DNA of 64,000 nt from the IMG/VR virus record IMGVR_UViG_3300045988_183453; one strand, 5' to 3'. Positions within the stretch are counted from its first letter, which is position 1. The number at the start of each line of letters is the position of its first letter. This DNA is from a virus. Made by a program: the position numbers and the translations under genes. Positions 1 to 10,338 of this stretch are shown one piece after another. The notes under the pieces were generated by a model that was given only the letters and a program-made list of their open reading frames with translations, did not search any database and was not told the origin of the DNA.

Positions 1-49
1 GGACCCCGAAATTGAAATGAGTAACTAAACTAATTGAAGAAAGGAGTAA

Positions 50-84
50 GGCCCCACTTGAGATAGAAGTGGGGTCATTTTTAT
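50..84 (+). terminator. Rho-independent terminator
   Basis: Hairpin ccccacttgagatagaagtgggg (52-74) followed by a T-run; likely ends an upstream + strand gene. Confidence 0.6.
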
Positions 85-85
85 T

Positions 86-1492
86 ATGGACAACTTTATG
101 AAAAGTGCCGCTATTTTGGGTGCTTGCCTTTGCTGTCTGACTGCTTGTAAAGGAAACAGCGGAAACAGCGACACGAATGCTAATAGCTCCACCGCGCCGA
201 CCCCGTCCATTCAAAGTACATCGGAACCGTCATCAAATCCCGATATCGGTGGTGAAGTGGATACATCAGGCGGCACCCAAATGAAAGACGGTGAAATCGT
301 TCTAACCAAGCTTAATGTCAAAAACCCGAACAACCTCGATTGCAACGGATACAAGGAAGTGAAAATGGGCGATGGCTCTCCTTTATATAAGGAGAAGGCT
401 CAGGTGATAGAAAGCATGGGCTTGATTCCGTATACGGATGATAACGGAAACGGCCTTGAGATTTTCAGCGGCCATACCGTGTATCTGCGTCCGAACCCGG
501 AACACATGGAGCCGGAAGAGACTCCCGTTCCTGACGATGAAGCCTCGGAAAGTGAGACTGTGGATGAGACGGAGACTTCCTCCGATGACTCCGCGTCAAG
601 TGAAGAATCCGATGGCACGGTTTTGGGCGTTGATGAGAAGGATATCGTTTCGGAATCCGGACACTTTGATGCTGATGGGAACTATGTTGTCGATAGAGTG
701 AGCACGACTGGATATGACGATTCGAACGGCTATAGCGTTGACGATGAATATTTGAAGTGCATTGTTTCCGGTGAGGAAGTCTATGAGCTTGATAAGGATT
801 CGCTTGTCATTGATTATCCAACAGATTTTTCACAGCTTCGAAAAGAAGGTTCCTGTGAACGGCTTTACATCTTCGGCACCCAGGAAGATTACGACCAGGC
901 AATCAAGAATCGAGAAGATGGTCAGGCTATCCTGAAAGGTGAAAAGACTGCTCCTACGAAATGCGTTATCTTGAACGGTTCTTTGGTGCCCGGGATGCAC
1001 TTCTCCATCAATAGCGATGGCCGCTTGTGCGTTTCGGTTCGTGCGTTGGCTGAGGCTTATGACAGCAATACGCAGTATGCGGAAGACGCAGGTCTTCTCT
1101 ATGTTCCCATCACTTATGGGCATTGGGAATATGTGCCGTCCGCAAGAGCTTTGACCAAAGCAAGCGAGTATTTTGAAATCCACGGTGACAGGAAAAACTT
1201 CAAATATACGTCGCGCAATACATCGTATGCCTGGACCGATACGATGACGCTGGCCCAAGATAATACGTTCACAATGCCGATTGAAGACGTTTCGAGAATC
1301 TTTGGCTGGGAATTCTGGTACAGCGATAATATTTTGAAGGTCGTCACGGATTCTCTTGACGATACAAACCCTAACAACTTTATCTTGCAGGAAGTGGATA
1401 CGACCGTTACAGAAGGAGAAGTTGAGGATTTGGATACTTCCGACAGCGAAGAAGAAACCGAAAACACTGACAGTGAGGTGGACAACCAGTGA
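86..1492 (+). CDS. Acidic Ser/Asp/Glu-rich lipoprotein, unknown function
   Basis: ORF of 468 aa. An alternative start at 104 (MKSAAILGACLCCLTAC) gives a signal peptide plus LTAC lipobox; low-complexity acidic repeats. Confidence 0.6.
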   Translation: MDNFMKSAAILGACLCCLTACKGNSGNSDTNANSSTAPTPSIQSTSEPSSNPDIGGEVDTSGGTQMKDGEIVLTKLNVKNPNNLDCNGYKEVKMGDGSPLYKEKAQVIESMGLIPYTDDNGNGLEIFSGHTVYLRPNPEHMEPEETPVPDDEASESETVDETETSSDDSASSEESDGTVLGVDEKDIVSESGHFDADGNYVVDRVSTTGYDDSNGYSVDDEYLKCIVSGEEVYELDKDSLVIDYPTDFSQLRKEGSCERLYIFGTQEDYDQAIKNREDGQAILKGEKTAPTKCVILNGSLVPGMHFSINSDGRLCVSVRALAEAYDSNTQYAEDAGLLYVPITYGHWEYVPSARALTKASEYFEIHGDRKNFKYTSRNTSYAWTDTMTLAQDNTFTMPIEDVSRIFGWEFWYSDNILKVVTDSLDDTNPNNFILQEVDTTVTEGEVEDLDTSDSEEETENTDSEVDNQ

Positions 1493-3657
1493 CCAAATGG
1501 AACGAATTCAAAACGAAAATTCTGATGCTATCAAAGGGAGAAAAGCTCGTACTTTTGTTCTGCTTTTCCTTTCTTGTCAGCCTTTTCCCAGCAGGATGTA
1601 TTGCGAAAGTCTTTGTCGGGGAATGGGATGCGGGGCTTTTGCGGGGTTTCGTGCTTGCCTTGACGACAGGCTACGGCATTGTGACGGCGCTTGTCTTTGC
1701 GTGTGCCATTACATTCATTATTATCCGGTTTTCCGTCAATAACACAGACCTCAATGCAACCAAAGAAGTTGACGACCGTGGCGTTGCAACGTCTATGGCG
1801 GGCACATACGGCACAGCTCGCTGGATGAATGAAACGGAAGCTAAAAAAGTCTATGAGGTTGGTCCTGTCGAAAACGTAACGGGTACGATTCTTGGACAGT
1901 TCACGCAAGACGGTGAGGAAGTCATCGCACTTCCTTTTGAACCTACCGGCAACCGAAACCTTATCCTTATCGGACCTCCGGGCTCCGGCAAGTCTTTTGG
2001 CTATGTCAGAACGGCTGTATTTCAGTCTATTGTACGCGGTGAATCAGTTGTGGTCACTGACCCGAAAGGCGAAATCCACAACGATATGCGTAAACTTTTG
2101 GAGTCCCGTGGTTATAAGGTCAAGGTCTTTAACCTTATCAATCTGGACCTTTCTAATGCGTGGGATTGTGTTCAGGAAATCTACGACCCGATTACTGGTA
2201 ACATTGATGACCAGCGTGTGATTACCTTCTGTAAGACCGTTATTGCTAACACGGGAGGCGGTGCAAACAGTAAGGGCGACCCGTTCTGGGAAAGCTCGGA
2301 AGAAAACTTGTTCCGCGTTGCTGTTTCCTATTGTGCGTATATCCGTGAAAAGAGCTTAATTGAGATTTATGAGCGCCGTGCAAAAGAGCTTTTGACTCAG
2401 CTGCCGTATATCACTCAGGAAGATGAGCAATCTCTGATTGAGATTGTAAAGAACCCGGAATCCGCCATGGTGGATAGACGCCGGGTTGTAGAATATCTTG
2501 CTCATTCGTTCTATGGCGATGAAGAAGGGAACAGAAAACTCTCTGAATGGGAGGAGGATGCTCCGACCTGTAACATCTCCGATATCTATGACGCGCTGCT
2601 TCACAACGACCTGGATAAATGGGAAGCAAACTTCAAGTATGTACCGCTGAGCCATCCGGCCGCATCTGCATGGGCAGTGTTTAAGGGTATGGGTGAGCGC
2701 GTACAGCCCAACATTGTTGGCGGCTTGAATACTCGACTCCAGCTGTTCATGACCTACAAGGTTCGCCGCGTTATCAGTAACGATGACATTCGCCTGGCAA
2801 ATCTTGGCGCGGAAAAAACCGCATTGTTCCTTATCATTTCCGATGATAACGCTTCTATGCAGCTGCTTTCCTCTCTGCTTTTGAGCTTCCTGTTCAAAGA
2901 CCTGAAAGAAGCTTTCGATGCAGTTGGTGGTGAAGGACGCATCCCGGTCAACGTTGTTGCGGACGAGTTGGCAAACACTGGCGTCTGGCCGAACTTTGAA
3001 AAGACGATTGCTACTGCACGTTCTCGTAAGATTGCAGTTTCCCTCATTTTGCAGAGCTTGCCGCAGTTGACTCAGTTGTACGGCGAAGAAAACGCCGAAA
3101 CTATCATCGGCTGCTGCAATACGATGCTGGTTCTGGGCTGTAATGATAAGTATACAGCCGAATACATTTCCGATAAGAGCGGCATTGTTACGATTCGCGC
3201 TAAGAGCGTCAGCGATACTCGTGCTTCCTCTGCCGGAAATCGCGGCGTGATGCAAGGGTATTCGCTCAGTGAAGGCGACGGCAAACGCAATCTTGTGAAC
3301 CCTGATGAAGTTCAGCATTTGGACAAGGAACAGATTTTGATTATGACGAATGGCCAGAACATGTTGGAAGCCAAGCGCTTCGGATTTATTCATCATCCTC
3401 TGTTCAATGACTCGCATTTTGTCCCCACCAAATGGGCAGAACTTCCGAAAACCGCAGACCTTTATCCCAATGCCCGGAAACACGACGCAATTGAATCCCG
3501 TGAATCGTCGTTCGGTGATATCCAGCGCCAGAAAGAAATCAATACAGATATTACGCAGAAGCGTTCCGAAGAGCGCATGAAACCGCGTTTGTCCAAGAAA
3601 GATTTGCTGGCTACGGATGAACCTGCTCCCAAAAAGAAAAACGCATTCAAAAAATAA
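1489..3657 (+). CDS. Type IV secretion coupling protein (TraG/VirD4 family)
   Basis: N-terminal TM helices, Walker A LILIGPPGSGKSF, the T4CP motif VVTDPKGEIH, and Walker-B-like VVADELANTG. GTGA overlap with the upstream gene. Confidence 0.85.
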   Translation: MTKWNEFKTKILMLSKGEKLVLLFCFSFLVSLFPAGCIAKVFVGEWDAGLLRGFVLALTTGYGIVTALVFACAITFIIIRFSVNNTDLNATKEVDDRGVATSMAGTYGTARWMNETEAKKVYEVGPVENVTGTILGQFTQDGEEVIALPFEPTGNRNLILIGPPGSGKSFGYVRTAVFQSIVRGESVVVTDPKGEIHNDMRKLLESRGYKVKVFNLINLDLSNAWDCVQEIYDPITGNIDDQRVITFCKTVIANTGGGANSKGDPFWESSEENLFRVAVSYCAYIREKSLIEIYERRAKELLTQLPYITQEDEQSLIEIVKNPESAMVDRRRVVEYLAHSFYGDEEGNRKLSEWEEDAPTCNISDIYDALLHNDLDKWEANFKYVPLSHPAASAWAVFKGMGERVQPNIVGGLNTRLQLFMTYKVRRVISNDDIRLANLGAEKTALFLIISDDNASMQLLSSLLLSFLFKDLKEAFDAVGGEGRIPVNVVADELANTGVWPNFEKTIATARSRKIAVSLILQSLPQLTQLYGEENAETIIGCCNTMLVLGCNDKYTAEYISDKSGIVTIRAKSVSDTRASSAGNRGVMQGYSLSEGDGKRNLVNPDEVQHLDKEQILIMTNGQNMLEAKRFGFIHHPLFNDSHFVPTKWAELPKTADLYPNARKHDAIESRESSFGDIQRQKEINTDITQKRSEERMKPRLSKKDLLATDEPAPKKKNAFKK

Positions 3658-3858
3658 ATAGTTTGTTCCTTAACCCCTGGTTACTGATTGTGTGACCGGA
3701 GGTTTTCTTTTTCCCTGATTCGCTCCATGCGGGTCAGGAACCACACAAATCGACAGCCTCCGCGCGGCGTGTGGTGGACAGTGCCCGAATCCTGCTACCG
3801 GGCAGCGACAAATGTCGATAATCTCATATTTCTTTTTAATACAAAGGAGACAAATACC

Positions 3859-4995
3859 ATGAACGAAAATGAAATGCTGAATCCCACTGCCGTTGAAACC
3901 AATGAAGCTGCTGTCGCTGCTGCGCCTGGAGAAAATGTAAACGCCGCGCCGGTATCTGAACCGCAGGAACCGAAAGAGGCTACCGAAGCAGCTCCCGCCG
4001 ATGAGGGCGTTGACGAAGAAGTCAATGAGGTTCCTCGTGCGACTCGCCGCTTCAATGATGATGACTTGGCGATTGGTGCTTTCATTGATGACGGCAACGA
4101 TATGCTGCATGTCGATATGCCCGAAGACCGCCGCGCTCGTGACCTGGCTGAGATGCGCCGCTGCGTTGCTGACAACAAGCACGGTCCTCGACGCTTCCTG
4201 CAGGGCAAGGTCTTTGGCGTTCGCCCGGTTCAGAATGGCAGCGCTGTCGTTGAAGTGAGCCGTGGCACGCTGCGCGTCATGATTCCGGCAGAGGACTTCT
4301 TCTACTTCAGTCTGATGAAGGGCATTGAGGAGAACGATGCGACTACCCGGCAGCGCCGTTATCTGCGTAAGGCAAAGCTGATGAATGGCGCTATCATCAA
4401 CTTCTGCCCGTACATGGAAGCCAAGTCTGAGGATGGCGAGGTCGTATTCGCTGGCTCTCGTCAGGACGCTATGCAGCTCCAGCGCAACCGTCACTTCTTT
4501 GGCCGTAATGCGGATGTTCAGAACGGCTCCCGCGCTATCGCTTCTATTCTGTCCAGCGGCCCGGATTACGTCATCGCTGAAGCTCTGGGCGTTGAGACCA
4601 GCATCGGTGCTGGTGCTCTGTCTGCTTACGAGTATATCGATGATGTGTCCAAGAAGTTTCATGTCGGTGAAGGCATTCCCGTGGTTATCGAAGACCTGAA
4701 CGTGGATAACGAAAATGGCACTGTCAGCCTGCGCATGAACCGCGCTATCCTGGAACGCCGCGCTAATCCCGCAATGAACATCCACAGCCTGGCTCGCAAC
4801 GGCGCATACGGTGCTACCGTGACTTCCGTTCAGGACAACTACTACCGCCTGATTGTGGATGTCGGTAACATTCAGGCTCGCGTTGCTCGTACCGCTTCCG
4901 ATGAACTGCTGACTCGCGGCGACCGCGTGACGCTGCTTGTCTACGGTTACGACGATAAGCGCAACTACGTTTGGGGCGCTTGCCATAAGGCGTAA
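3859..4995 (+). CDS. Hypothetical protein with repeated S1/OB-fold-like segments
   Basis: ATG at 3859 preceded by the RBS AAAGGAG; the ORF-track start at 3688 lacks an RBS. Acidic N-terminus, then about 5 segments resembling S1 domains (GKVFGVRPVQNGSAVVEVSRG...). Confidence 0.5.
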   Translation: MNENEMLNPTAVETNEAAVAAAPGENVNAAPVSEPQEPKEATEAAPADEGVDEEVNEVPRATRRFNDDDLAIGAFIDDGNDMLHVDMPEDRRARDLAEMRRCVADNKHGPRRFLQGKVFGVRPVQNGSAVVEVSRGTLRVMIPAEDFFYFSLMKGIEENDATTRQRRYLRKAKLMNGAIINFCPYMEAKSEDGEVVFAGSRQDAMQLQRNRHFFGRNADVQNGSRAIASILSSGPDYVIAEALGVETSIGAGALSAYEYIDDVSKKFHVGEGIPVVIEDLNVDNENGTVSLRMNRAILERRANPAMNIHSLARNGAYGATVTSVQDNYYRLIVDVGNIQARVARTASDELLTRGDRVTLLVYGYDDKRNYVWGACHKA

Positions 4996-5151
4996 CTGAA
5001 ACCCGGCCACTTACTTTTTCTGGCGAGTGGCCGGATACCGCGCATTGTCATCAGCCTTCTCGCGGCGCGTGGTGAGCAACTGCAAAAATTGCAGGCCAAT
5101 GATGACTCTTGTTGAAAATGAATTTATTAAGTGGTGACGAGGTGATTTTTT

Positions 5152-5493
5152 GTGAGTAGGTGTGCGAATATGCGGTCGGGAATGTTTCATACGACAATAA
5201 ATGACACAGAAATTTTTGTTACGTGCAGTATAAATGGGCCATGCGTCAAACTGACGGTCTCTGCGTTCTTTGAAAGTGGTTTATCTGATATGTGCAGTCA
5301 GATGCAGGCAATGAAAAGCGAGCCGGTTTTGCTTTCAATGGATGTCTATAAAAACGGTACAGTAGCAAACATCAGCGCTATTGGATTATTGTCCAGAAAA
5401 GAAAAGGAAGACCAGAATATGCTGATGCAGCTATATCGTAATTGCTGCGCCGCAATGCTTGTATTGGCTCGGCAAAAGGGGGAAAAAGCATGA
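5152..5493 (+). CDS. Hypothetical small protein
   Basis: 113 aa ORF; its stop overlaps the next start (ATGA), suggesting translational coupling. Confidence 0.35.
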   Translation: MSRCANMRSGMFHTTINDTEIFVTCSINGPCVKLTVSAFFESGLSDMCSQMQAMKSEPVLLSMDVYKNGTVANISAIGLLSRKEKEDQNMLMQLYRNCCAAMLVLARQKGEKA

Positions 5494-6827
5494 GTAAAGA
5501 AGAGCAGAAGCCAAATATTTATCAAATCCCCAAAAACTCGTTTGATACCGGGTATGTGTTGAACGGACAATTCAAAACTCGGAACTTCGTTGAAGGTATC
5601 ATCCTGGCACTACCGTTCTTGGGAATTTTCATTTATGGATGGCATGATTTGGGATGGGATGTACAAAGTACCGTGGCCTATTGCGCAATACTCTGTGCTG
5701 CTGCTTTCCTTGGTGCAGCTCATGGTGTTGGCGGCGATAGCTTGTTTGAGTTTATTCAACGTGTTATCCGTTTCCGGCAAAGTCGCAGAATCTCAAAATA
5801 CAATCCTCGTATCAAAACCGAACTTGAACCGGAATATCTGATTCATGACGGGCGGATGCTCCCGAAAGACAAGCTCAAGCAAATGCTTGGCACTGTAAAG
5901 GGAAAAGTCCTTGGTGAAGAGAACGGTCCTATCAGTTCCGATATTACAGATGAAGAGCTCAAGGTCTTCTACGATGATGACTATGGGTTCCTGGAAAAAC
6001 CGGATGCCCTCAAATCTAAAGCAGAACTCCGTGCTGAAGCAAAACAGCGTGCGAAAGAAGAGAAGGAATACATTAACTCTTTGCCCCGTTCTGAACGCAA
6101 GGCTGCTAGAGAAAAAATTAAGCGTAAGCGTGAGCAGGAAGAGGCTGAGAAGAAGGCAAAAGAGGCAGAGCGCGAACGCATTATTAACGAAGCTATCAAG
6201 AAGCGTCTGGATAAAGCCGAGCGTGTTAAGACCGCACAGTATTACGAGAAGTTCATGGACCCCGACAATGAGCAGGAAGATGACAAGCTGGAAGAGAATA
6301 ACGCTGAACTGAATCCTCAGGCTGTAGAGTTCAAGCCCGTCACTGTAGGGCCGAGCAATAATGTGGTTCAGGATGATGTCGATATCTTTGACAGTGAAGA
6401 AAGCATCGACACCGATGAAGTAGAAGCGAATGTGGAAGCAGATGCGGATACAGAGCTGTTTGAGGACGGCACTGATACCGACATCCAAGCCCCGCAGATT
6501 GATGATGTAGTCTTTGACGATGAAACGGAAGTACTTGACGTCGATGAGGACTGGGATGACTTATCGGTTGATATCCAGGATACTCAGTCTGCACAGCCCG
6601 CAAAGCAGGGCAGGGGACAAGTCGTGAACAGCGATGACGATGTCAGCTTGGATGATGTAGACCTTTTCGATGACAGCACGGTCAGCCGCACAGAGGAAAG
6701 ACCTCAGAACGTCAAAACCTCTGGAAAGACGATGGGCTCGCAAAAGCAGCCGCAAACCACACAGAACAACAGCGATATTGATTATATGTCCTTGAATGAC
6801 ATTTCTATCTTTGATAGTGAGGAGTGA
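5490..6827 (+). CDS. Membrane protein, possible VirB3/PrgI/TcpE-like T4SS component with acidic C-terminal tail
   Basis: RBS GGGGG then ATG at 5490 (MSKEEQ...). Two TM helices near the N-terminus and a long D/E-rich tail; lies immediately upstream of the VirB4-like ATPase. Confidence 0.5.
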   Translation: MSKEEQKPNIYQIPKNSFDTGYVLNGQFKTRNFVEGIILALPFLGIFIYGWHDLGWDVQSTVAYCAILCAAAFLGAAHGVGGDSLFEFIQRVIRFRQSRRISKYNPRIKTELEPEYLIHDGRMLPKDKLKQMLGTVKGKVLGEENGPISSDITDEELKVFYDDDYGFLEKPDALKSKAELRAEAKQRAKEEKEYINSLPRSERKAAREKIKRKREQEEAEKKAKEAERERIINEAIKKRLDKAERVKTAQYYEKFMDPDNEQEDDKLEENNAELNPQAVEFKPVTVGPSNNVVQDDVDIFDSEESIDTDEVEANVEADADTELFEDGTDTDIQAPQIDDVVFDDETEVLDVDEDWDDLSVDIQDTQSAQPAKQGRGQVVNSDDDVSLDDVDLFDDSTVSRTEERPQNVKTSGKTMGSQKQPQTTQNNSDIDYMSLNDISIFDSEE

Positions 6828-6832
6828 AGCCT

Positions 6833-9493
6833 ATGTTTCGATTCAAAAATGGCGGAGAAATCCCCCACGGTGTTGTGGAACAGAGTATCGGTACAATCCC
6901 GCTGACGAAAAAGGAACGCGATGAAATCGCCAAAGAAGAGCGGCGGCGGATGAATCAAAAGCTGGAAGCTCAGAATGAGCGCTATCAAATCATTCGAAGC
7001 ACACAGCGTATCATCCCTATTGAGGATATTTACGGCGGCATTGTTGTGACAAAGGACCACCGATATATCAAAATCATGGAATTTCGCCCTATCAACTTTG
7101 CCTATATGGACGCGGAAACTCAAAACCGTATTATTTCGCTTTTCTATCAAACGTTCAAAGCAACTCCCTGCAATATCCAGTTCAAAACCTTTTCTCGTAA
7201 AGCTGATGTCGAGAATTCAATCGCGACCGTGACGGACTATTACAAAGCAGAAAAGAATCCGAGTCGTAAGCGAATGCTGCAGGCATACATCGGATTGCTT
7301 CGTAAGACGGCTTTGTCCGTTGGTATTACCCGTCGCTTCTTTGTGGTCGTAGAATTCCAGCGCACTATCAGCAACGATGGTTCTAAATTTGAAATGGTTG
7401 TGGCCGACTTGAATGCCGTTGCGGCAAACGTCCGCTCTCACATGGAACAGTGTGGTAATATCTTTATTCCTGCACTTGGTAACCCTGACGGAAACGAGGA
7501 CGCAGGTCTACACCAGCTTTTTTACCAGCTCTTGAACCGTAGAAAAAGTGAGACCATCACGTTCAAGCAGCACATGGACCCCATTGTGGACCGTTATTTT
7601 GAAGCCGAAAAGAATGGCGTTAAGACGTCTTTGCAGGCAACGGAACTGATTGCTCCGGACTGGATTGACTTTACGCATCACGATTACATTGTCATTGATG
7701 GCAAGTTTTATACTTTCGCTTACATTCCCTCGAACGGGTTCAGCCAGCGTGTCTATGCGGGCTGGGTGGCTACGTTCGTAAATGCTGGTGAAGGCATTGA
7801 CGTCGATATGTTCTTTGAGCACATGTCCCGTGAAGCTGTCTTCAATAAAATCAGTACACAGCTTCGTCTGAGCCGTGCAAACGCCATGGACAGTCACGAT
7901 ACTGACTCTGACTATCAGGCGCGTATGGAAAAAATTTCGTCCAGTGAATATATGCTGCGCGGCCTTTCCAGCGGCGAAGAGTTCTATTACCTGTCAATGC
8001 TCATCACTATCGTGGCAGATACAAAGAAGGAACTCGATTACAAGTTCGATGCTTTGAAAAAGCGTATCGAAGGTCAGAGCATGAAGATTCGCCGTGCGGA
8101 TTTCATGATGGAAGAATGCTTCGATTCTTGCCTGCTTCCTCTTGCGAAAATCAATAAGGAGCTGGCAAAGAAATCTCATCGCAATCTTCTGACTTCGGGT
8201 GTTGCATCCTGCTATCCGTTCATCTCGTTTGAAATGCAGGACCCGGGCGGCGTTATGGTCGGTACAAACCATGTCAACAACTCTCTGGTCACCATCGATA
8301 TGTTTGATACCCGCGCTCATGCAAACGCAAACGCCGTTATCTTGGGCTCTTCCGGTTACGGCAAGACTTTCACCGCACAGCTGTTCGCACTACGCTTGTC
8401 TGAGATGGACACGCAGGTGTTTATCATCTCTCCTCTGAAAGGTTTGGAGGACTACGGCGGCGGTTGTAAGGCAGTCAATGGTCAGTTCGTCTCCATGGAC
8501 CCCTCTTCGGACAACAACATCAACATCATGGACATTCGCGCTCCTGACGATGAGGACGCAAAACTGCTGGATGATTATGAGGCTTCCGGTTCCTTCTTGA
8601 CCAAAAAGATTCACACGATTCTTTCGTTCCTGCACCTGGTTGTTCGCAATATGACGCAGGAAGAAGAGCAGCTAATTGACGGCTGCCTGTATGCGACATA
8701 CGCAAAGTTCGGCATTACCCGTGATAACAACTCTATCTACGATAAAGATGGCAACTATAAGGTGATGCCGCTGTTGGAAGATTTGCAGGAAGAAATGAGA
8801 AAAAAACCTGAACTGCATACCGTCTGCAACATCTTGAATCCGCTAATTAACGGTTCTATGGCTTGCTTCAATCACCACACCAACGTGGACCTTGACTCCA
8901 AGTACATCGTATTTGACTTCAATGGCATGAAAGGCTCTTTGCTTACCATGTCTATGTTCGTGGTTCTGGACTTTGTCTGGACGAAAATCAAAGAGGACCG
9001 TACACAGCGCAAAGCCGTATTTATTGACGAATGCTGGAAATTGATTGGCACTGACTCCAACGAGCAGGCAGCTGAAGACGTTGTTGAAATCTTCCGTACG
9101 ATTCGTGCTTATGGCGGTTCCGCTTTTGCTATGACTCAGGATATTTCTCAGTTCTACGAATACAAGGGCGGCAAATACGGCAAGGCAATTATTGGTAACG
9201 CCGATACCAAAATCATTATGCACCTGATTCCGTCCGAAGCAAAAGCCCTTCAGGAAGCCATTCAGCTGACCAGCGTTGAGATGGAAGCGGTATCCAGCCT
9301 GCCGCGTGGTCAAGGTCTGGTTTGCTCTGCATCCGCAAAACTGTTCGTCGATTTTGTGGCCGATGACTATGAAGCCAAGGAAATCACAACCGATGCTAAG
9401 TCCTTCTACGAACGCCGCAAGGCTCTGGAAAAGAAAAAGCGGGAAGAAGAAGAGAAGGCGGCGGAAAATACCGTCATTGATGTTGAAATGTGA
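6833..9493 (+). CDS. VirB4-family conjugal transfer ATPase (TrsE/TcpF/Orf16-like)
   Basis: Walker A VILGSSGYGKTF and Walker B VFIDECWKL; about 885 aa, a size typical for Gram-positive VirB4. RBS GGAGTGA before ATG 6833 (the track uses GTG 6824). Confidence 0.85.
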   Translation: MFRFKNGGEIPHGVVEQSIGTIPLTKKERDEIAKEERRRMNQKLEAQNERYQIIRSTQRIIPIEDIYGGIVVTKDHRYIKIMEFRPINFAYMDAETQNRIISLFYQTFKATPCNIQFKTFSRKADVENSIATVTDYYKAEKNPSRKRMLQAYIGLLRKTALSVGITRRFFVVVEFQRTISNDGSKFEMVVADLNAVAANVRSHMEQCGNIFIPALGNPDGNEDAGLHQLFYQLLNRRKSETITFKQHMDPIVDRYFEAEKNGVKTSLQATELIAPDWIDFTHHDYIVIDGKFYTFAYIPSNGFSQRVYAGWVATFVNAGEGIDVDMFFEHMSREAVFNKISTQLRLSRANAMDSHDTDSDYQARMEKISSSEYMLRGLSSGEEFYYLSMLITIVADTKKELDYKFDALKKRIEGQSMKIRRADFMMEECFDSCLLPLAKINKELAKKSHRNLLTSGVASCYPFISFEMQDPGGVMVGTNHVNNSLVTIDMFDTRAHANANAVILGSSGYGKTFTAQLFALRLSEMDTQVFIISPLKGLEDYGGGCKAVNGQFVSMDPSSDNNINIMDIRAPDDEDAKLLDDYEASGSFLTKKIHTILSFLHLVVRNMTQEEEQLIDGCLYATYAKFGITRDNNSIYDKDGNYKVMPLLEDLQEEMRKKPELHTVCNILNPLINGSMACFNHHTNVDLDSKYIVFDFNGMKGSLLTMSMFVVLDFVWTKIKEDRTQRKAVFIDECWKLIGTDSNEQAAEDVVEIFRTIRAYGGSAFAMTQDISQFYEYKGGKYGKAIIGNADTKIIMHLIPSEAKALQEAIQLTSVEMEAVSSLPRGQGLVCSASAKLFVDFVADDYEAKEITTDAKSFYERRKALEKKKREEEEKAAENTVIDVEM

Positions 9494-9747
9494 TATTTGA
9501 AACGTCAAAATAAGGCAAAGGAGCGCTGATTATTATAAAGAATGATACATTTTGAGTAAAGCTGTGAATGTACACGTTAAAATGTGTTCATTTTGCACTT
9601 TCAAAATGTGTCATTCTTTTTCTTTTATCCATAAAAAGGCACAATTCAATTTCACGTAAGCACAACGCTAATGCGTTTAATTTATGGTTCACAAACGGCA
9701 AAAGAACACATTGGTTCATTTTGCTAGAAATGAAAGGAGACATTTGT

Positions 9748-10338
9748 ATGTCTGAGATTCACAATTCCGATATCCGCGAACTGCTGGATGCTATCCCCGT
9801 TATTCCCAATGAACTGATGGCCGAGTATCTCACTCGTCAATATCAGGTCAGCAAAAACATGGCACAGGAAATCATTTACAACGCCTGCCGTAAAGGCTCC
9901 AACCGCCGTCCGGCTTGCTATCCTACCAAAGAAGGGTTGGCAAAAGCCGATTACATCACGATGACGAGCAGTATCCGCAAGCGCTGCCGTGCTTTCCGCG
10001 TTGCATGTGAATTTTTGCCGGAGAGTCGTAATTTTACGATTCCCAGCGGCACTCCCTGGCTGTTGAGCTTCTGCTTCGATGGCAGTGTCTACTATGTTTG
10101 TGAATTTGAACGTGGCAACGAACTTATTTTGGGAGACACGATTCGGAGCCTTGGCATTCGTGAGGATATGATGCCGGTCACTTCCCGTATCGCAATCCTG
10201 GCCCCCGGCGCAAATCGAAAGCTTCTGAGTGAATGCGGGATTCGTTATTTCTGCATGGTCAGCGACAACTATGACCTGAATGTGACGGAACAAATTGACG
10301 ACGAGGATGTTTGGAATGGCGTTCCCATCATTAAATGA
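9748..10338 (+). CDS. Hypothetical protein
   Basis: ATG at 9748 with RBS AAAGGAGA; the upstream part of the track ORF is AT-rich and non-coding. Confidence 0.5.
   Translation: MSEIHNSDIRELLDAIPVIPNELMAEYLTRQYQVSKNMAQEIIYNACRKGSNRRPACYPTKEGLAKADYITMTSSIRKRCRAFRVACEFLPESRNFTIPSGTPWLLSFCFDGSVYYVCEFERGNELILGDTIRSLGIREDMMPVTSRIAILAPGANRKLLSECGIRYFCMVSDNYDLNVTEQIDDEDVWNGVPIIK

Noticed and set aside
2356-3483. Long antisense or overlapping ORFs inside confident CDSs. Examples: 2356..3483 (-), 3670..5010 (-), 5793..6488 (-), 8843..9508 (-), 31157..32950 (-), 36134..37240 (-), 40446..41333 (-), 45614..46648 (+), 56637..58034 (-), 20322..21275 (+).
   Set aside because: They lie entirely within genes that have strong domain evidence on the other strand, lack RBSs and have low-complexity composition. 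Such long spurious ORFs are expected in ~50% GC DNA.
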